A DNA stretch of 64,000 nt from contig BAAIJX010000022.1 of assembly GCA_054600435.1 (NCBI GenBank), forward strand, positions 310,001 to 374,000, written 5' to 3'. The notes beneath the pieces are model-generated. The model ran no database searches and had not been told where the DNA came from. It saw only the letters and a program-made list of their open reading frames with translations. The first letter of the stretch is position 1, and each line of letters opens with the position of its first letter. This document shows, one piece after another, positions 34,097 through 45,588 of this stretch. The stretch is from Neophaeotheca triangularis. Taxonomy: Eukaryota. The position numbers and the translations under genes are program-made.

Positions 34097-35547
34097 ATGT
34101 CTTCCGACCGTGAACTACCAGCAGACAAGAACCCTGTCCTGGAAGAGGACCGCGCTCCGTCTCGTATGCGACATCCCGCTTTGCGCGCGCGCGCGCAAAT
34201 ACACAACAAACATTAGCTGACGCGACACTAGATCCTATCTTGGTGGAGCGGAGATGCCTGGGCCAGACTGAGCTGAAAGTGAAACCTGGTCAAATTGGCA
34301 CCTCCAACGCGACGAAGCCGGACAACCTAGGCACGCTCGACTATGCTCACCTACGCGTCCCGCTTCCTCCGAACTTGAACGGCAGCGGCATCTTCATCAA
34401 AGGCCCTAATCGCAAATACCCAGAGGCGTACTTTTTGATGGTGAGGATTGATAACAACGCTGGCTAACAAAAGAACTCGCCGTTAACATTCACGCGCAGC
34501 GACGATCCAACGATGGCTTTGTGAGCGCTACTGGCATGTTCAAAGCTGCATTTCCTTGGGCATCTGCAGAAGAAGAGGGGGCGGAAAAGGCATACATCAA
34601 AGCTCTACCCACTACTTCTAGCGAAGAAGTCGCCGGCAACGTGTGGATTCACCCGGATCAAGGTAGGCGACCCGACTACAGTTCCTCACTTCGCGACCCA
34701 CCGCAGACCTGCCGGCTGACAACTCAACCCCGCACCAGCACTTGAACTCTCCGAAGAATACGGCATCAAGCTCTGGGTAGCAGCTCTTCTAGACCCCGAA
34801 CCCATCACCCACGGCGGCAACGATCCCAAAAAGTACATTCAATCCCCACCGGCGTACAAGCTCAAAGAACCAGCCAGCAGCCTTGGCCGCTCACCCGAAA
34901 AGAAGATGGACGGCACGCGCTCGACACGTGGAAAGAGAAGTCTGCGCTCCGCCTCGCCGGTGAAGAAGGACGCCTCGCAAACACCTGCGCGCAAAATCGC
35001 GACACCCAGAAAACCACGCAGGGGCACGCGCGCCGCGGAAAAAGCATCAGTCGAGCCCGAAGACGTCAATGGCGACTCTGGCGACAACGTCAAGGTGGAA
35101 GTGGAGAATACGACGCGCCCATCCATTATCAATGAGGAAGAAGACATCGAGCAGACGAACGTGAAGATTGAGATGCCAAAGGGGTTGCCAGATCTGGAAA
35201 TGCCGAATGATAGCGCCGCCATGATGGAACAGGCCAGGAAGATGGTCAGAGAAGCGGAGAGAGTGAACGGGCCCAGTTCGAAGGCGCAAGGAAAACGAAA
35301 GGCCGAGGAAATGGTTGACGAGGACGATGAGGTGGGCTTGGAAGGACCCAGGCAGACGAAGAAGCAGAGGCAGTTGGAGCTGCAAGTGCGGAAGCAGAAG
35401 ATTCAAAAGAGAGCGCTGACTGGGATTGCAGGGAGTTTGTTCCTCGGGTATGTTGTACCCTCTCAAATTGGTGGTAAAAGCTGATCGCTAACGCTTTTAC
35501 GCAGCTCCATCGTGCCCTTGGTCCTCAGCGGATGGCCCTTCGCTTAA
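34097..35547 (+). CDS. KilA-N/APSES-domain inner nuclear membrane protein, Bqt4-like
   Basis: Exons 34097-34163, 34232-34440, 34500-34662, 34739-35447, 35505-35547. [25 protein letters not shown]...AGNVWI; C-terminal hydrophobic anchor. Confidence 0.85.
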
Positions 35548-36565
35548 GCTACTTTCAGACTCGAGCAGGCAACACCTGTCGTTTCCTTCTACATTCGAGA
35601 TATCCAGGTTCTCGGGCTGGCGTGGTTTTTACCTTGGACTTTTTCTTTACTATGGGTGTGACATTGTGACTGCTTGATGGCTGGTGGATAGATGAATGGC
35701 CTGGCAGTGTGAAGCTGCTTTCGAGATTGTCGCTGGGATATGACCGCCACGGAAATTGGGCGACATCGAGTACCTAAATGCTCGAAATGGACGGAGCGTT
35801 GTAAGATGGCAATCGATAGTGCTTCTAATTGGGATCGAGAGTTCGAAATCTTGATGTGGCCGTGAATGTGCAGCATCCGACGGTATTCAGACTCGTCACT
35901 GTACCGACCTCACTACCAACGAAGATATTGGTAGCAGTACCTACGGCAAGCTACGGGTAGGTAGTAGTAGGTATGTACATGTTGTCGTACCTCCTAAAGA
36001 CAGCCTTAAGCCGAGCGTAATAATGACCATCAACCGTGCCGTTACAAGGGAAGGAGACTTTGCTAGCGTAGCGCCATCTCCACACAGCGCGGGGAGCTTA
36101 CAGCCTACAGGGTAACAGCCGAGGGCAAGGAACCTTGGAAGTCTACCTTACCTCCAGCTCCTACGGTACTGTCTGAGAGAATGCCCAGGTGATGAGTGTC
36201 GGCTTGCCCCTCTGGGCAACTTACTTACTGGGCATCCACACGAGCTATCCTAAACACAGCGCTAGTGTGCAGCATGATGAGTAGCAAAGTCGCGTGGTCT
36301 TCTCTCTTCCCTTCTCCTTCTTCTCCTTCTCTCTTCCTTTACCATCTTCCTCGCTTTACCTCTTCGACTGACTGCACGCCTGAGGAATCGTCTTCCAGCT
36401 TAGACATACCTACCTATTAATCTCGCAAACCCGCCACTTTGTCCCTCCCTGTCCTCTGTCTTGCTTGGCGAGGTACGGTGCGATAGAGAACTGTCTGGGA
36501 TCACGAGTACACCGGCAGCTGGCTCGCTAGACTAGCTTTGTCGAAGAGACGCAAACGAAAACAAG

Positions 36566-37878
36566 ATGAGGACGGCGGCAATGGCGGCAGCTTCGCCATT
36601 GAAGCGGGCATTGGGCCAGACGGCGAGCCTTAACGGTGGCAGGACTTTCGCGACTTCGAGTAGACTGGACGCCTCGTATGGCTTCATCGGGCTGGGACAG
36701 ATGGGTAAGAAGGAGCTGAAAGCCGCGTCTTCGGGCTCTGGGCTTTCTTGCTAATTCACACTGCTCGATAGGTTACCCCATGGCGAAGAATTTACGCTCC
36801 AAGATCGGCCAAAACGACTCCCTGCGCGTGCACGATGTCAACCCAGCTGTGACGCAGAGATTCGCCGAAGAGATGGGAAATGTCACCGTTGCGAAGGATG
36901 TTAGGGAGGTTGCTGAGCACTCGGTAAGTAACTCTCACACGTCAGCCCTTCCACCCTCTCCCCTCCTATGATGATTGTTTAAATTTCCATTGTTCTATCT
37001 ATGATCTAAGTTGGCGGCGCAAGCTGTCCTATTGATTACGCAAAACTACAAAAGCCAATCCTCTGATACTACCGCCTACACTGCATCCGTCGCTCAAGCT
37101 TAGCACTAGATCCGCGGGCAAAAACTGACAGCTCGTCCAGGAAACCATCTTTACAGTTCTCCCGGAACCCTCCCACGTTCAAAACGTCTTCCAGCAAATG
37201 CTCCGCCCTCCGACTCTCCTCAGCAAAACCCCCAACACCCAGCACCGCCTCTTCATCGACTGCAGCACCATTGACCCCAAGAGCTCCGCCGAAGTCGCCA
37301 ACGCAACCCACAGCAGCGGCCAGGGCAAATTCATCGATGCACCAATGTCCGGCGGCGTGCTTGGCGCGGAAGCAGGCGAGCTGACGTTCATGATGGGTGC
37401 CGCACCCGAGCTCACCGACCGCGCAAGAGAAGTCCTCAGTCTCATGGGCAAGCGCGTCGTGCATCTGGGCCCGCAGACCAGTGGTCTCAAGGGCAAACTC
37501 GCCAACAACTACCTACTAGCACTCAACAACATCGCGACCGCCGAGGCCATGAACATGGGAATCCGGTGGGGGCTCGACCCAGCCGTGCTCGCGGATATGA
37601 TCAACACGGCGACAGGCAAGTGCTGGCCTTCGGAGAAGAACAACCCGGTCCCGGGCGTGAATCCCAAAGCGCCGGCTAGCAACGGCTATGCTGGTGGGTT
37701 CGGGACGGCGCTGATGCTCAAGGACCTCAAGCTCGCGCTCAAGTCGGCCGCCGAGGCTGATATCGTGCCCCAGCTTGGCGCGTACGCGAAGGAGATTTAC
37801 ACGGCTGTCGAGGGCGACGGAAAATGCAAGGGTAAAGATTTCTCCGTGGTTTACAGATACATTGGTGGTAGAGAGTAA
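36566..37878 (+). CDS. 3-hydroxyisobutyrate dehydrogenase family, mitochondrial
   Basis: Exons 36566-36704, 36772-36923, 37141-37878. GFIGLGQMGYPMAKNL, IDCSTI, DAPMSGG, KLANN, GGFGTALMLKDL; presequence-like N-terminus. Confidence 0.93.
36965..37069 (+). ncRNA. Intronic box C/D snoRNA candidate
   Basis: C box ATGATGA 36968-36974, D' ATGA 37001-37004, GCAA-tetraloop stem GGCGGC/GCTGTC, C'-like TTGATTA, D box CTGA 37063-37066. Two guides complementary to conserved LSU rRNA sequence as I recall it; lies in the 217-nt intron 2. Confidence 0.8.
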
Positions 37879-38621
37879 AATTCGGCATGGTCTTGCTAGA
37901 TGGAGTTGGATTATGTGCGGCGGCAGTGAGCTAGAGTACAGAGGTTTGAGAACTTGGGAGGAACTGTGCATACCCGAGTGCATTATCGATTGAGAAAGAG
38001 TGGATATAGATGCTTGTTATGAACGGGATGGCATGGCATGGAGATGAGAGAACATCGAGCAAAGCATTCAAACGAGCCTCTATCTGTTGGTTAGATAGAT
38101 CGTCGAAGGGCGCCTACCCTTGTGGGCGAATACAAGTCCTCTTCGTTAGTGTTCAGTTCAATGCCCCGACCCGAGCTGGGCCATCTTTTGAACGCACTCT
38201 CGGCCAACGTGATTTCCAGACAAGACTTTGGCTCAGGAGCTATGTGTCAATGTGAGCGGCTTCTCGCATTCGAGTAGTCTGATTGAAGCCCCGAGCACGT
38301 GGTTCAACTTCAATGCTGCCAGAAGACGACGTGATAGTTCGAAGTCCCGGGCCTTTTCGGATGCTTGAGCGCTCCAATCCCCATGCATAATTAATGCACC
38401 CACCACGGTGCACGGTCGAAGCCTCCGCAATCGGCTATCAGATCCCCACCGAAGCTGATGTGGGGAGGGACAGCTCCAGCATTCACTCTCCCGTACCCGT
38501 TCAAAAGCCGCTGCGATCACGGATGTAAACATCTGGGTAATACTGTACAATTTACGAACTTGAGATAGTTTCCTTTCTTTCCCACACCCCCTCGGATCCC
38601 AAACACCCCACCCACCCCTAC

Positions 38622-39732
38622 ATGTCCCTTCAAAAAGCCTCAACAACCCTACGGACACTGCACACTCTAACCCAGCAGACCCTCCGCCGAACGACCCCCA
38701 CCCCTCTCCTTCATCTCCCCCATCCACCCCGTCTCGCCAAAACAATGGCCACAGCCGCAATGTCCAAACGCCTCGAAGGCAAAACCATAGTCATCACGGG
38801 CGCTTCCTCGGGAATCGGCAAGAGCACAGCCCTAGAGTTTGCGCGCACCGCTCCCAAGAATCTCAAACTCGTCGTCACGGCCCGCCGGCTCGAGTCGCTG
38901 CAGCAGCTAGCCGAGGATGTTAAGAAGGAAGTTGGCGAGGGCGTCAAAGTGCTACCAGTCAGACTCGACGTCAGCAACGCGGATGAAGTGCGGAGTTTTG
39001 TGGGAAACTTGCCGCAGGAGTACAGGGAAGTGGATGTGCTTGTGAATAACGCTGGTGCGCTGCTTCCCTCGCTTCCACTATAAAGCTCAGTAATTGGAGA
39101 GGAAAGCAATTCCGCTGACTCTAGCCCGCAGGCCTCGTCAAAGGCGTCGACAAAGCCGGCACCATCGCCGAAGCAGACATCAACACGATGCTGCAAACCA
39201 ACGTCACGGGTCTCATCAACATGACCCAAGCCATTCTGCCGGGCATGCAAGCTCGCGACAAGGGCGACATCATCAACATCGGCAGCATCGCCGGTCGCGA
39301 ACCCTACCCGGGCGGCTCCATCTACTGCGCCACCAAAGCCGCCGTGCGCTCTTTCACCGAAGCCATGCGCAAGGAGCTCATTGCTAGCAGGGTGAGGGTC
39401 ATGTGCGTCGACCCCGGGCAAGTGGAGACGGAGTTTAGCGTTGTGAGGTTTGGAGGCGATAAGGCCAAGGCGGACAAGGTTTACGAGGGCTGCGAGCCGT
39501 TGACGCCGGAGGATATTGCCGAGGTGGTTGTTTTTACCGCTGGGAGGAGGGAGAATGTTGTCGTGGCCGATACGCTTATTTTTCCGAATCACCAGGTCAG
39601 TTGCCCCCTTTTTTCTCCCCGCGTCCCTTTGGCTCTGCTGTTGCGGTGGCGTTTGTGTGGGTTGGAGAGCATAGTGGCTGACGGCGGTGTGTTTTCTAGG
39701 CGGCTGCGACACTCATGCACAAGAAGACTTAG
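38622..39732 (+). CDS. NADP-dependent 3-hydroxy acid dehydrogenase (YdfG/YMR226C-like SDR)
   Basis: TGASSGIG, NNAG, IGSIAG, YCATK, PGQVETEFS; introns 39055-39131 and 39596-39699; start 38622 or 38745. Confidence 0.92.
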
Positions 39733-40420
39733 AGGATTTTCTGACGCTGTACACAGGCGGGTGCTGGTGGTTCGGCCCTGTTTAGGAAGCCCGCTTCGAA
39801 GATGTAGAGATTCGGCGAGATTTACCAGGTACAGTGTACAGAGCTGTTGTCTTCAGGTGACCTTGAAAGTGTGATAAACTGCAACAGGTGAGACAATGAG
39901 CGAGCCTCGGTGGACTCAGTTGGTGGCTTTTGGGAGTTGAGGTCGTTTACCTGGTACCTGCGAGCTATGAGACAGCGACCAAAGCTAGTCTGCACTCGGA
40001 CAGCTTCCCCCGAGCAAACAGCTGGGTACGAACAGTGTTGCAACGTTGTTGCGTACGCAGTGTCGCCGGGAGGATCGGTCAAACTGGGTTGGCAAGGGTA
40101 ATGGCCGTATCTGGCGAGAATCCGTGTTACGGCTCCAGTGCTCCCGGGATGGCTGCAGCGACTCTTAGGCGTTGCATTCGTGCGCTCGTAGCGTAAGTGC
40201 TGCTGCAGACCACGATGCGGCCGGGAGTCTACACGAAGGTAGCATGGGTGAGACTTTTCTGACCCCGGTATTATGAACTTCTGAATTGAGTTGGCTGGCC
40301 CTGTGGCCCTCTCTTTGTGTTCTTTGTGAACTTTTGCAAAATACTCTACTACACGCGGGATACCTCCTTTCTCTCATGCCTAACGCTATTCCATGAAGCT
40401 GCGTCAGCCGAAACCCTTCT

Positions 40421-41536
40421 TTACTTGGAAGGATCGAGCAACAGCTTCCCCGTCGTCTTGCGGCCCTCGATATCATTATGCGCCCTCGCCACCTCACTAA
40501 GCGGATACGTCTCGTGAATGCGCGCATCCATCTTATCCTTCAAAATCAAATCATACAGCTCAGTCGTATACTTCTCATACTCCTCCCTGGTCGCGATGTA
40601 ATTGAAAAGCGTCGTCCGCATCAACCGTGCATTCTTGGCCGTCAGCCGCGCAATCGTAACCGGCGGCACCGCACCCGACGCATTGCCAAAAGACACCATA
40701 CTCCCCTTGCGCGCCAAGCAATCCATGCTCACGTCGAAAGTATCCTTTCCCACGCTGTCGAAGACGGCTATACACCCCTGCCCACCCGTGAGCTCCATGA
40801 CCCGCTCCTTGATATCCTCAGACTTCGAGTTGATAGTATACGCGGCCCCGTACTGCTTCGCCAGCGCCGTCTTGTCGTCCGTGGACGCCGTGCCGATCAT
40901 GTTGGCGCCGACGGCTTTGAGCAGCTGGCACAGCCAGAGCCCCACGCCGCCCGCCGCCGCGTGCACGAGCACCCAGTCCCCCTTTTTCACTTCGTGGGCT
41001 TCGCGGATCAGCGTCAGAGCTGTGAGGCCTTGCAGCTCGCTCGCGACGGCGACCTTCTCCGGCAGGCCTGAGGGGATACGGTGGGTTTTTGCCGCGGGCG
41101 CGGCGGTGTACTCGGCGTACGTGGCTTCGGAAAGGCAGACGACGCGGTCGCCCTCTTTGAGCCCATGCGTCTCACCGCCGCCCAGCGCGACGATTGTGCC
41201 TTCGGACTCCCGTCCGAGAGTGTAGGGGAATTGGGGCGGCGGGTAGAGGCCTGTGCGGAAGTAGGTGTCGATGTAGTTGATGCCGACGTAGGAGTTCTTG
41301 ATCAGGACTTGGCCCGCGCTGGGTTGGGGGAGCGGCAGGTCGGTGCGGTGTTCGAGGACTTCGGTGCCGCCGGTTTTGGCAATGGTCACGCCTTTCATTG
41401 TGCTGGGGAGCGAGGACATGGTGCGGTGTTTGTGGGTTTGGAGCGGGCAGTGGTTGGTTAGGTGGCTTGAGATTGGAGCGGCTCGTTGGCTGGCTATGAG
41501 GCGGGGTGTTGTGCTGAGGACACGGGGAAGTGTCAT
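40421..41536 (-). CDS. ZTA1: NADPH:quinone oxidoreductase (zeta-crystallin/QOR, MDR family)
   Basis: GINYIDTYFRTGLY, HAAAGGVG, FDSVGKDT, SFGNASG, KTTGKLLL; start 41536 or 41419. Confidence 0.9.
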   Translation of the reverse strand: MTLPRVLSTTPRLIASQRAAPISSHLTNHCPLQTHKHRTMSSLPSTMKGVTIAKTGGTEVLEHRTDLPLPQPSAGQVLIKNSYVGINYIDTYFRTGLYPPPQFPYTLGRESEGTIVALGGGETHGLKEGDRVVCLSEATYAEYTAAPAAKTHRIPSGLPEKVAVASELQGLTALTLIREAHEVKKGDWVLVHAAAGGVGLWLCQLLKAVGANMIGTASTDDKTALAKQYGAAYTINSKSEDIKERVMELTGGQGCIAVFDSVGKDTFDVSMDCLARKGSMVSFGNASGAVPPVTIARLTAKNARLMRTTLFNYIATREEYEKYTTELYDLILKDKMDARIHETYPLSEVARAHNDIEGRKTTGKLLLDPSK

Positions 41537-41893
41537 GGAGCTCTGAAAGAAAGATTGAAGTGAGGCGAGATTTACGATTGAGGGAAGGGAGTTTGTTGAG
41601 ACGATTGGTAACGCACGATTGATTGGTACCACTACGCTGTGTTTGTCAGCTACGTTGTAATCGCAGGCCGATTTGACCCAGCCTTTGACCGTAAACAGTA
41701 GGTGACGTTCCAATCGGTGCCCCGCTCACCCCGCTGTCGAATAGCGCAGTCAAAAGCCGATGTCGGTCGGATATCTCGTAGCAGCCAATTGCCGAGAGAT
41801 CCGGCCCCCTATTCTACGCTCACTCGGCAGTATCGCCTTCTTCACGCCCTTCAGCGTCCTTCCATGCCAGGGCTCGAGCTGCTATGACGACTT

Positions 41894-43738
41894 TTAGTCA
41901 AGCTCATCATCATCGTAGTCCTCTTCCTCCTGCTTTTCAGCATTCGCAGCCTCACCACTTTCCTCGGCCTTCTTCTCAATCTGCCTCTTCATCCACTCCT
42001 TGGGGGGACCAGGCTCTTTCCACTCCTTGATGCGCTCGTTGGGTATGTAGACGAAGAATGTAGGGTAAATCCCAAGTATGCTGTCAAGCCACTTGATGCC
42101 ACAATCCAATTCCTTGACAACAGCCCAGAGACCCATACCTGGCACTACCAAGTCCAGCAGTTTATCCTCAATGAAAAACTCAAAGGTTCGCACTTCGAGC
42201 TCCTCCATTGCTTCTGGACTTAAGTCGACCGGGGCGGCAAAGTCAGGCGTCCAACGTTCGCAGATGAGTTTGCCAGTCGGTTCGAGAAAGCACCCTTCGA
42301 GCTCGGGTGCTTGGAAGATGCCGGCCCTCCAACTATCAGCGCGCTCAATGCCACGTACGACCATGTGCACTTCTTCTGAGATGATGAGTGTATTTTCACC
42401 GTTGAGAGATGCGAAGGTCGTCCATTCGTCGGCTTCTGAAACCCAGAGACACGTATGAATGCCCATAACGGCATTCGCATCATGATCACACAAACCCGTA
42501 CTGACGTCTACAGCTTTGGCCCACTCTGCATCCAAGGCGTGAGAGCTGTGCATGCCGGCGTAGTGACCTCCATTGAGAGTGGAGCAAGCGACATTGAACT
42601 GTCCAGGCAAACGGGCTCCCAGCTCAAGGATCTTGGGCAATTCCTCGTCGGCGAGGTCACACACGGCGCGAGCTTCGAGAAGACCTTGTTTGTATTCTGG
42701 ACAAACGTCGTGCAGGTCTAGATACCTGTAGAAAGTACGCATGACGTTGGTGGCGGCAAAAATCTGATCCTTGGTCTCTGCCAGGTGTGGCGGCGATAAG
42801 AGCTGCGAAGAGAGGAATGCTTTGGCCAATCCCGCGAAGTCGACAATCCACGTCGTACGCTCATCGTCGCAATCTTCACCAAGACCTCTGGTCACGCTCC
42901 CGTTGACGCCATACTTGTTGGAGCGATCCGCTATGTCTTCTTTGTCGTACTCGTCATACTCAGCTCGGTTGAAGTCTTGGTTGCCTTGGAATTGCCTTGG
43001 CCCGTTGTCGATGCCTCCAAACTCCATCCAAGCGTCGAACACCCTCTTCGTCTGTTGATGGAGCTTCCGCTTGAGCGTGAAGCGCTGAAGAGCCTTCTCA
43101 ATGCGGTCGCTGAAGGGAATCTCTGGGGCGTACCATTCACGTTCTTTTGCGTAAAGCTTTGGCTCGATGGGGCCCTCGATGTGGTCTTCCTCGAATCCGG
43201 TGGCCTTCAACATGTTCTTGGTCATCCATGGCTGTTCCCTGAGAATTCGATCCTTGGAACTCTCTTGTTTTGGTGAATCGCCGTGGAGTTTGGGCAAAAC
43301 CGTGAGTGGTTTGGTCATCGGCTCGCGGCGTTGAACGTATTCGTTGTCGATGATTTTCACGATTGTGCTCTCCTGGAGTGCAGCTACGACGGCCTGTATT
43401 GGCTTGTATCTTTTCATTTTGTTGAATCCGCATATGGTGCTGACACTGACTGGACCATTACCGTCACCGCCGGTAAGAGCCAAGAGATGTTCATCGCCTT
43501 TGAGGTTATCCTCGCTGAAGTAGTGGTCGACTTGCCTCAGGATATCTACAGCTCTCTTGTGTGGCTTGATGGCGTGGGAAGTGGCATCCGACAGCTCGTT
43601 TTTCGGATCAGTGTTCAAGGTATATGTACCATCCCCGTTACGCGAAAAGAGCGACTTCACAATGTTGATTCCAGGTGAAGACGTGTCGGGCGAAACGGTA
43701 GATGAAGAAAGGCAGTCTTTGGGTGGGATCTCCGCCAT
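41894..43738 (-). CDS. La-motif plus Argonaute siRNA chaperone complex subunit Arb1 domain protein
   Basis: La motif RQVDHYFSEDNL..DEHL...VSVSTICGFNKMK...VQRREP, then Arb1-like TGFEE...P.EP...RIEKALQRF...FGGID.GPRQFQG...VDFAGLAKAFLS...HDVCPEY, and an acidic tail; single ORF. Confidence 0.82.
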   Translation of the reverse strand: MAEIPPKDCLSSSTVSPDTSSPGINIVKSLFSRNGDGTYTLNTDPKNELSDATSHAIKPHKRAVDILRQVDHYFSEDNLKGDEHLLALTGGDGNGPVSVSTICGFNKMKRYKPIQAVVAALQESTIVKIIDNEYVQRREPMTKPLTVLPKLHGDSPKQESSKDRILREQPWMTKNMLKATGFEEDHIEGPIEPKLYAKEREWYAPEIPFSDRIEKALQRFTLKRKLHQQTKRVFDAWMEFGGIDNGPRQFQGNQDFNRAEYDEYDKEDIADRSNKYGVNGSVTRGLGEDCDDERTTWIVDFAGLAKAFLSSQLLSPPHLAETKDQIFAATNVMRTFYRYLDLHDVCPEYKQGLLEARAVCDLADEELPKILELGARLPGQFNVACSTLNGGHYAGMHSSHALDAEWAKAVDVSTGLCDHDANAVMGIHTCLWVSEADEWTTFASLNGENTLIISEEVHMVVRGIERADSWRAGIFQAPELEGCFLEPTGKLICERWTPDFAAPVDLSPEAMEELEVRTFEFFIEDKLLDLVVPGMGLWAVVKELDCGIKWLDSILGIYPTFFVYIPNERIKEWKEPGPPKEWMKRQIEKKAEESGEAANAEKQEEEDYDDDELD

Positions 43739-44455
43739 GTTGGAAGCAGATGTTGGGTGACCGAAGAGAAGTTGTGTCTCAGACGGTATGCTTGGGTGAA
43801 AAGAGCCAGTCTTGTTGGGGCTGGCGTTTGTCAGGGGGAAAAAGTAGAACTCGCCTGTCTGCAGGTAAACGGTGAAGTAGCCTGCCGTGTGAGGATTGTG
43901 TAGAGGAGTTGTGCAACAACGCGTGAACGTCGTGAACGTCCCAGATGGGGACTGGGCTAAGTACCAGGCGTGATGTCTCCTCAAGGCCCAGCAGGTCAAA
44001 GTGAGGTTTAGGATCTGGCAAACAATGTAGGAGTAACCTAAGTGCGTAGCATCGCAGAGTAAGGTAAGGTAAGGTTAGGTAGGTACTACTGTATGTAACT
44101 GAGGTCGGCAGGGGAAAAGGACGACGGAAGGCTTCCCTATGTACCTAAGCTCGTATTGAATGTGCACTGACTATGTGGGAGTACCTTGCATTAGCTCCCG
44201 CGGCCGTCGGGATCCCGTCGGGATTGTGGGCCGTGGACAAACGTCAGCCAAGTGTATACCTTACCTTAGGTACCTGTAATCTCAACCTCCACTCGGGCTG
44301 GGTATCGAACAACCCAAGTACACCTAGCGATTCGGCTTTACCTTTATCGCCAACACTCTCCTCTCAACGTAACCTTCAATTGGCAAAACATAACCCCTCC
44401 AGGACCGCATTGAAGTTCAATCAGCCATACTCTCCCCCACCAGCTTACTCCGATC

Positions 44456-45524
44456 ATGGCAGAAAACAAGCAACTAGACCTCTCCAAGCTAAAGGCCTTT
44501 GAAAACGCCGCTGCTGGCCACGACGGAGTCATGTCCGATCCCACGGGCGAACTCATCATCAAACCATGCACCAAGTCGGAGATTGATTTCTATCAGCACA
44601 CCACGACTGAGCACGCCGACTTTGCCGAATTGATGCCTACTTTCATGGGCACGCTCCAACTCGGTGCTCCAGCCGAGGCGGCGGACGTGACGGCCGCGTC
44701 TGAAGCTCCCGAGATCGCCCAGGCAGCAAAGGATCAACAGCTCAAACATGGCATGAAGTTGGAGACGGAGACTGCCATCGTTCTGGAAAACCTTGAACAT
44801 GGCTTCAAACAACCCAATGTTTTGGACCTCAAACTGGGCGCTAAGCTGTACGATGCCGAATCCACAAAGCCTGAGAAAGCCGAAAGGCTTGACAAAGTGG
44901 CGTCCGAGACGACCAGCGGCTCGTTGAACTTTCGCATTGCAGGAATGAAGGTATGGAATGGCCAAAGCTTCGACATCTACGACAAGTTCTACGGGCGCAA
45001 GTTCAACGACCAGAATGTCAAAGACGGCTTTGCCACGTTCTTTGCGGGTTTGGGACATGGCGTGTCTCCCAGTCTTGCCCAGGAGCTTTTGGAAACTATC
45101 CTGGCTGAGATCACAAAAGCACGTCAGCTTCTGGAGAGGAACGAGTCGCGCATGTTTAGTGCCAGCGTGCTCATCGTTTACGAGGGCGACAACGACGCGC
45201 TCAAGACTTTGATGATTGGTGGAGACGACAAGACCCCAAAGGCAGACGAGTCTGCGCCGAAGCAATCCGAGATTCAAAAGAGTGTTGATGAAGAAGAGGA
45301 CGAGGATGAGGAAGACCCGCCCACTGCCTTTAGGGTCAAGATGATCGACTTTGCGCAGTACGTGATCACAGTACTGCGATTGGGTTTAATCGTCGTGAAA
45401 AAACTTGCTAACAATACCTTTCAGTGCCGCTTGGACACCAGGAAAGGGCCCAGACGAGAACGTTGTCAAAGGTCTCAAGAACATCGAAGCTCAGATGGAC
45501 GACCTGGTTGCTCAATTCGATTGA
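44456..45524 (+). CDS. Inositol polyphosphate multikinase (IPK family, Arg82/Ipk2-like)
   Basis: AAGHDG, PNVLDLKLG (PxxxDxKxG), FRIAGM, SASVLIVYEG; MIDFA|HA across intron 45358-45424. Confidence 0.92.
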
Positions 45525-45588
45525 ACGTCGCAAACAACTACGAAGCCAGGCGTTTACGAGTTGCTTTCAGGGATACCCATGCACTATG

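Noticed and set aside
824..35547. TBF1 and Bqt4-like genes as a telomere-function cluster
   Set aside because: About 30 kb apart with unrelated housekeeping genes between them; no TTAGGG arrays seen
43739..43999. TTG-initiated N-terminal extension of the La-Arb1 ORF (similarly 56323-56454 and 41537-41713)
   Set aside because: Alternative-start artefacts of the ORF finder; downstream ATGs give plausible starts
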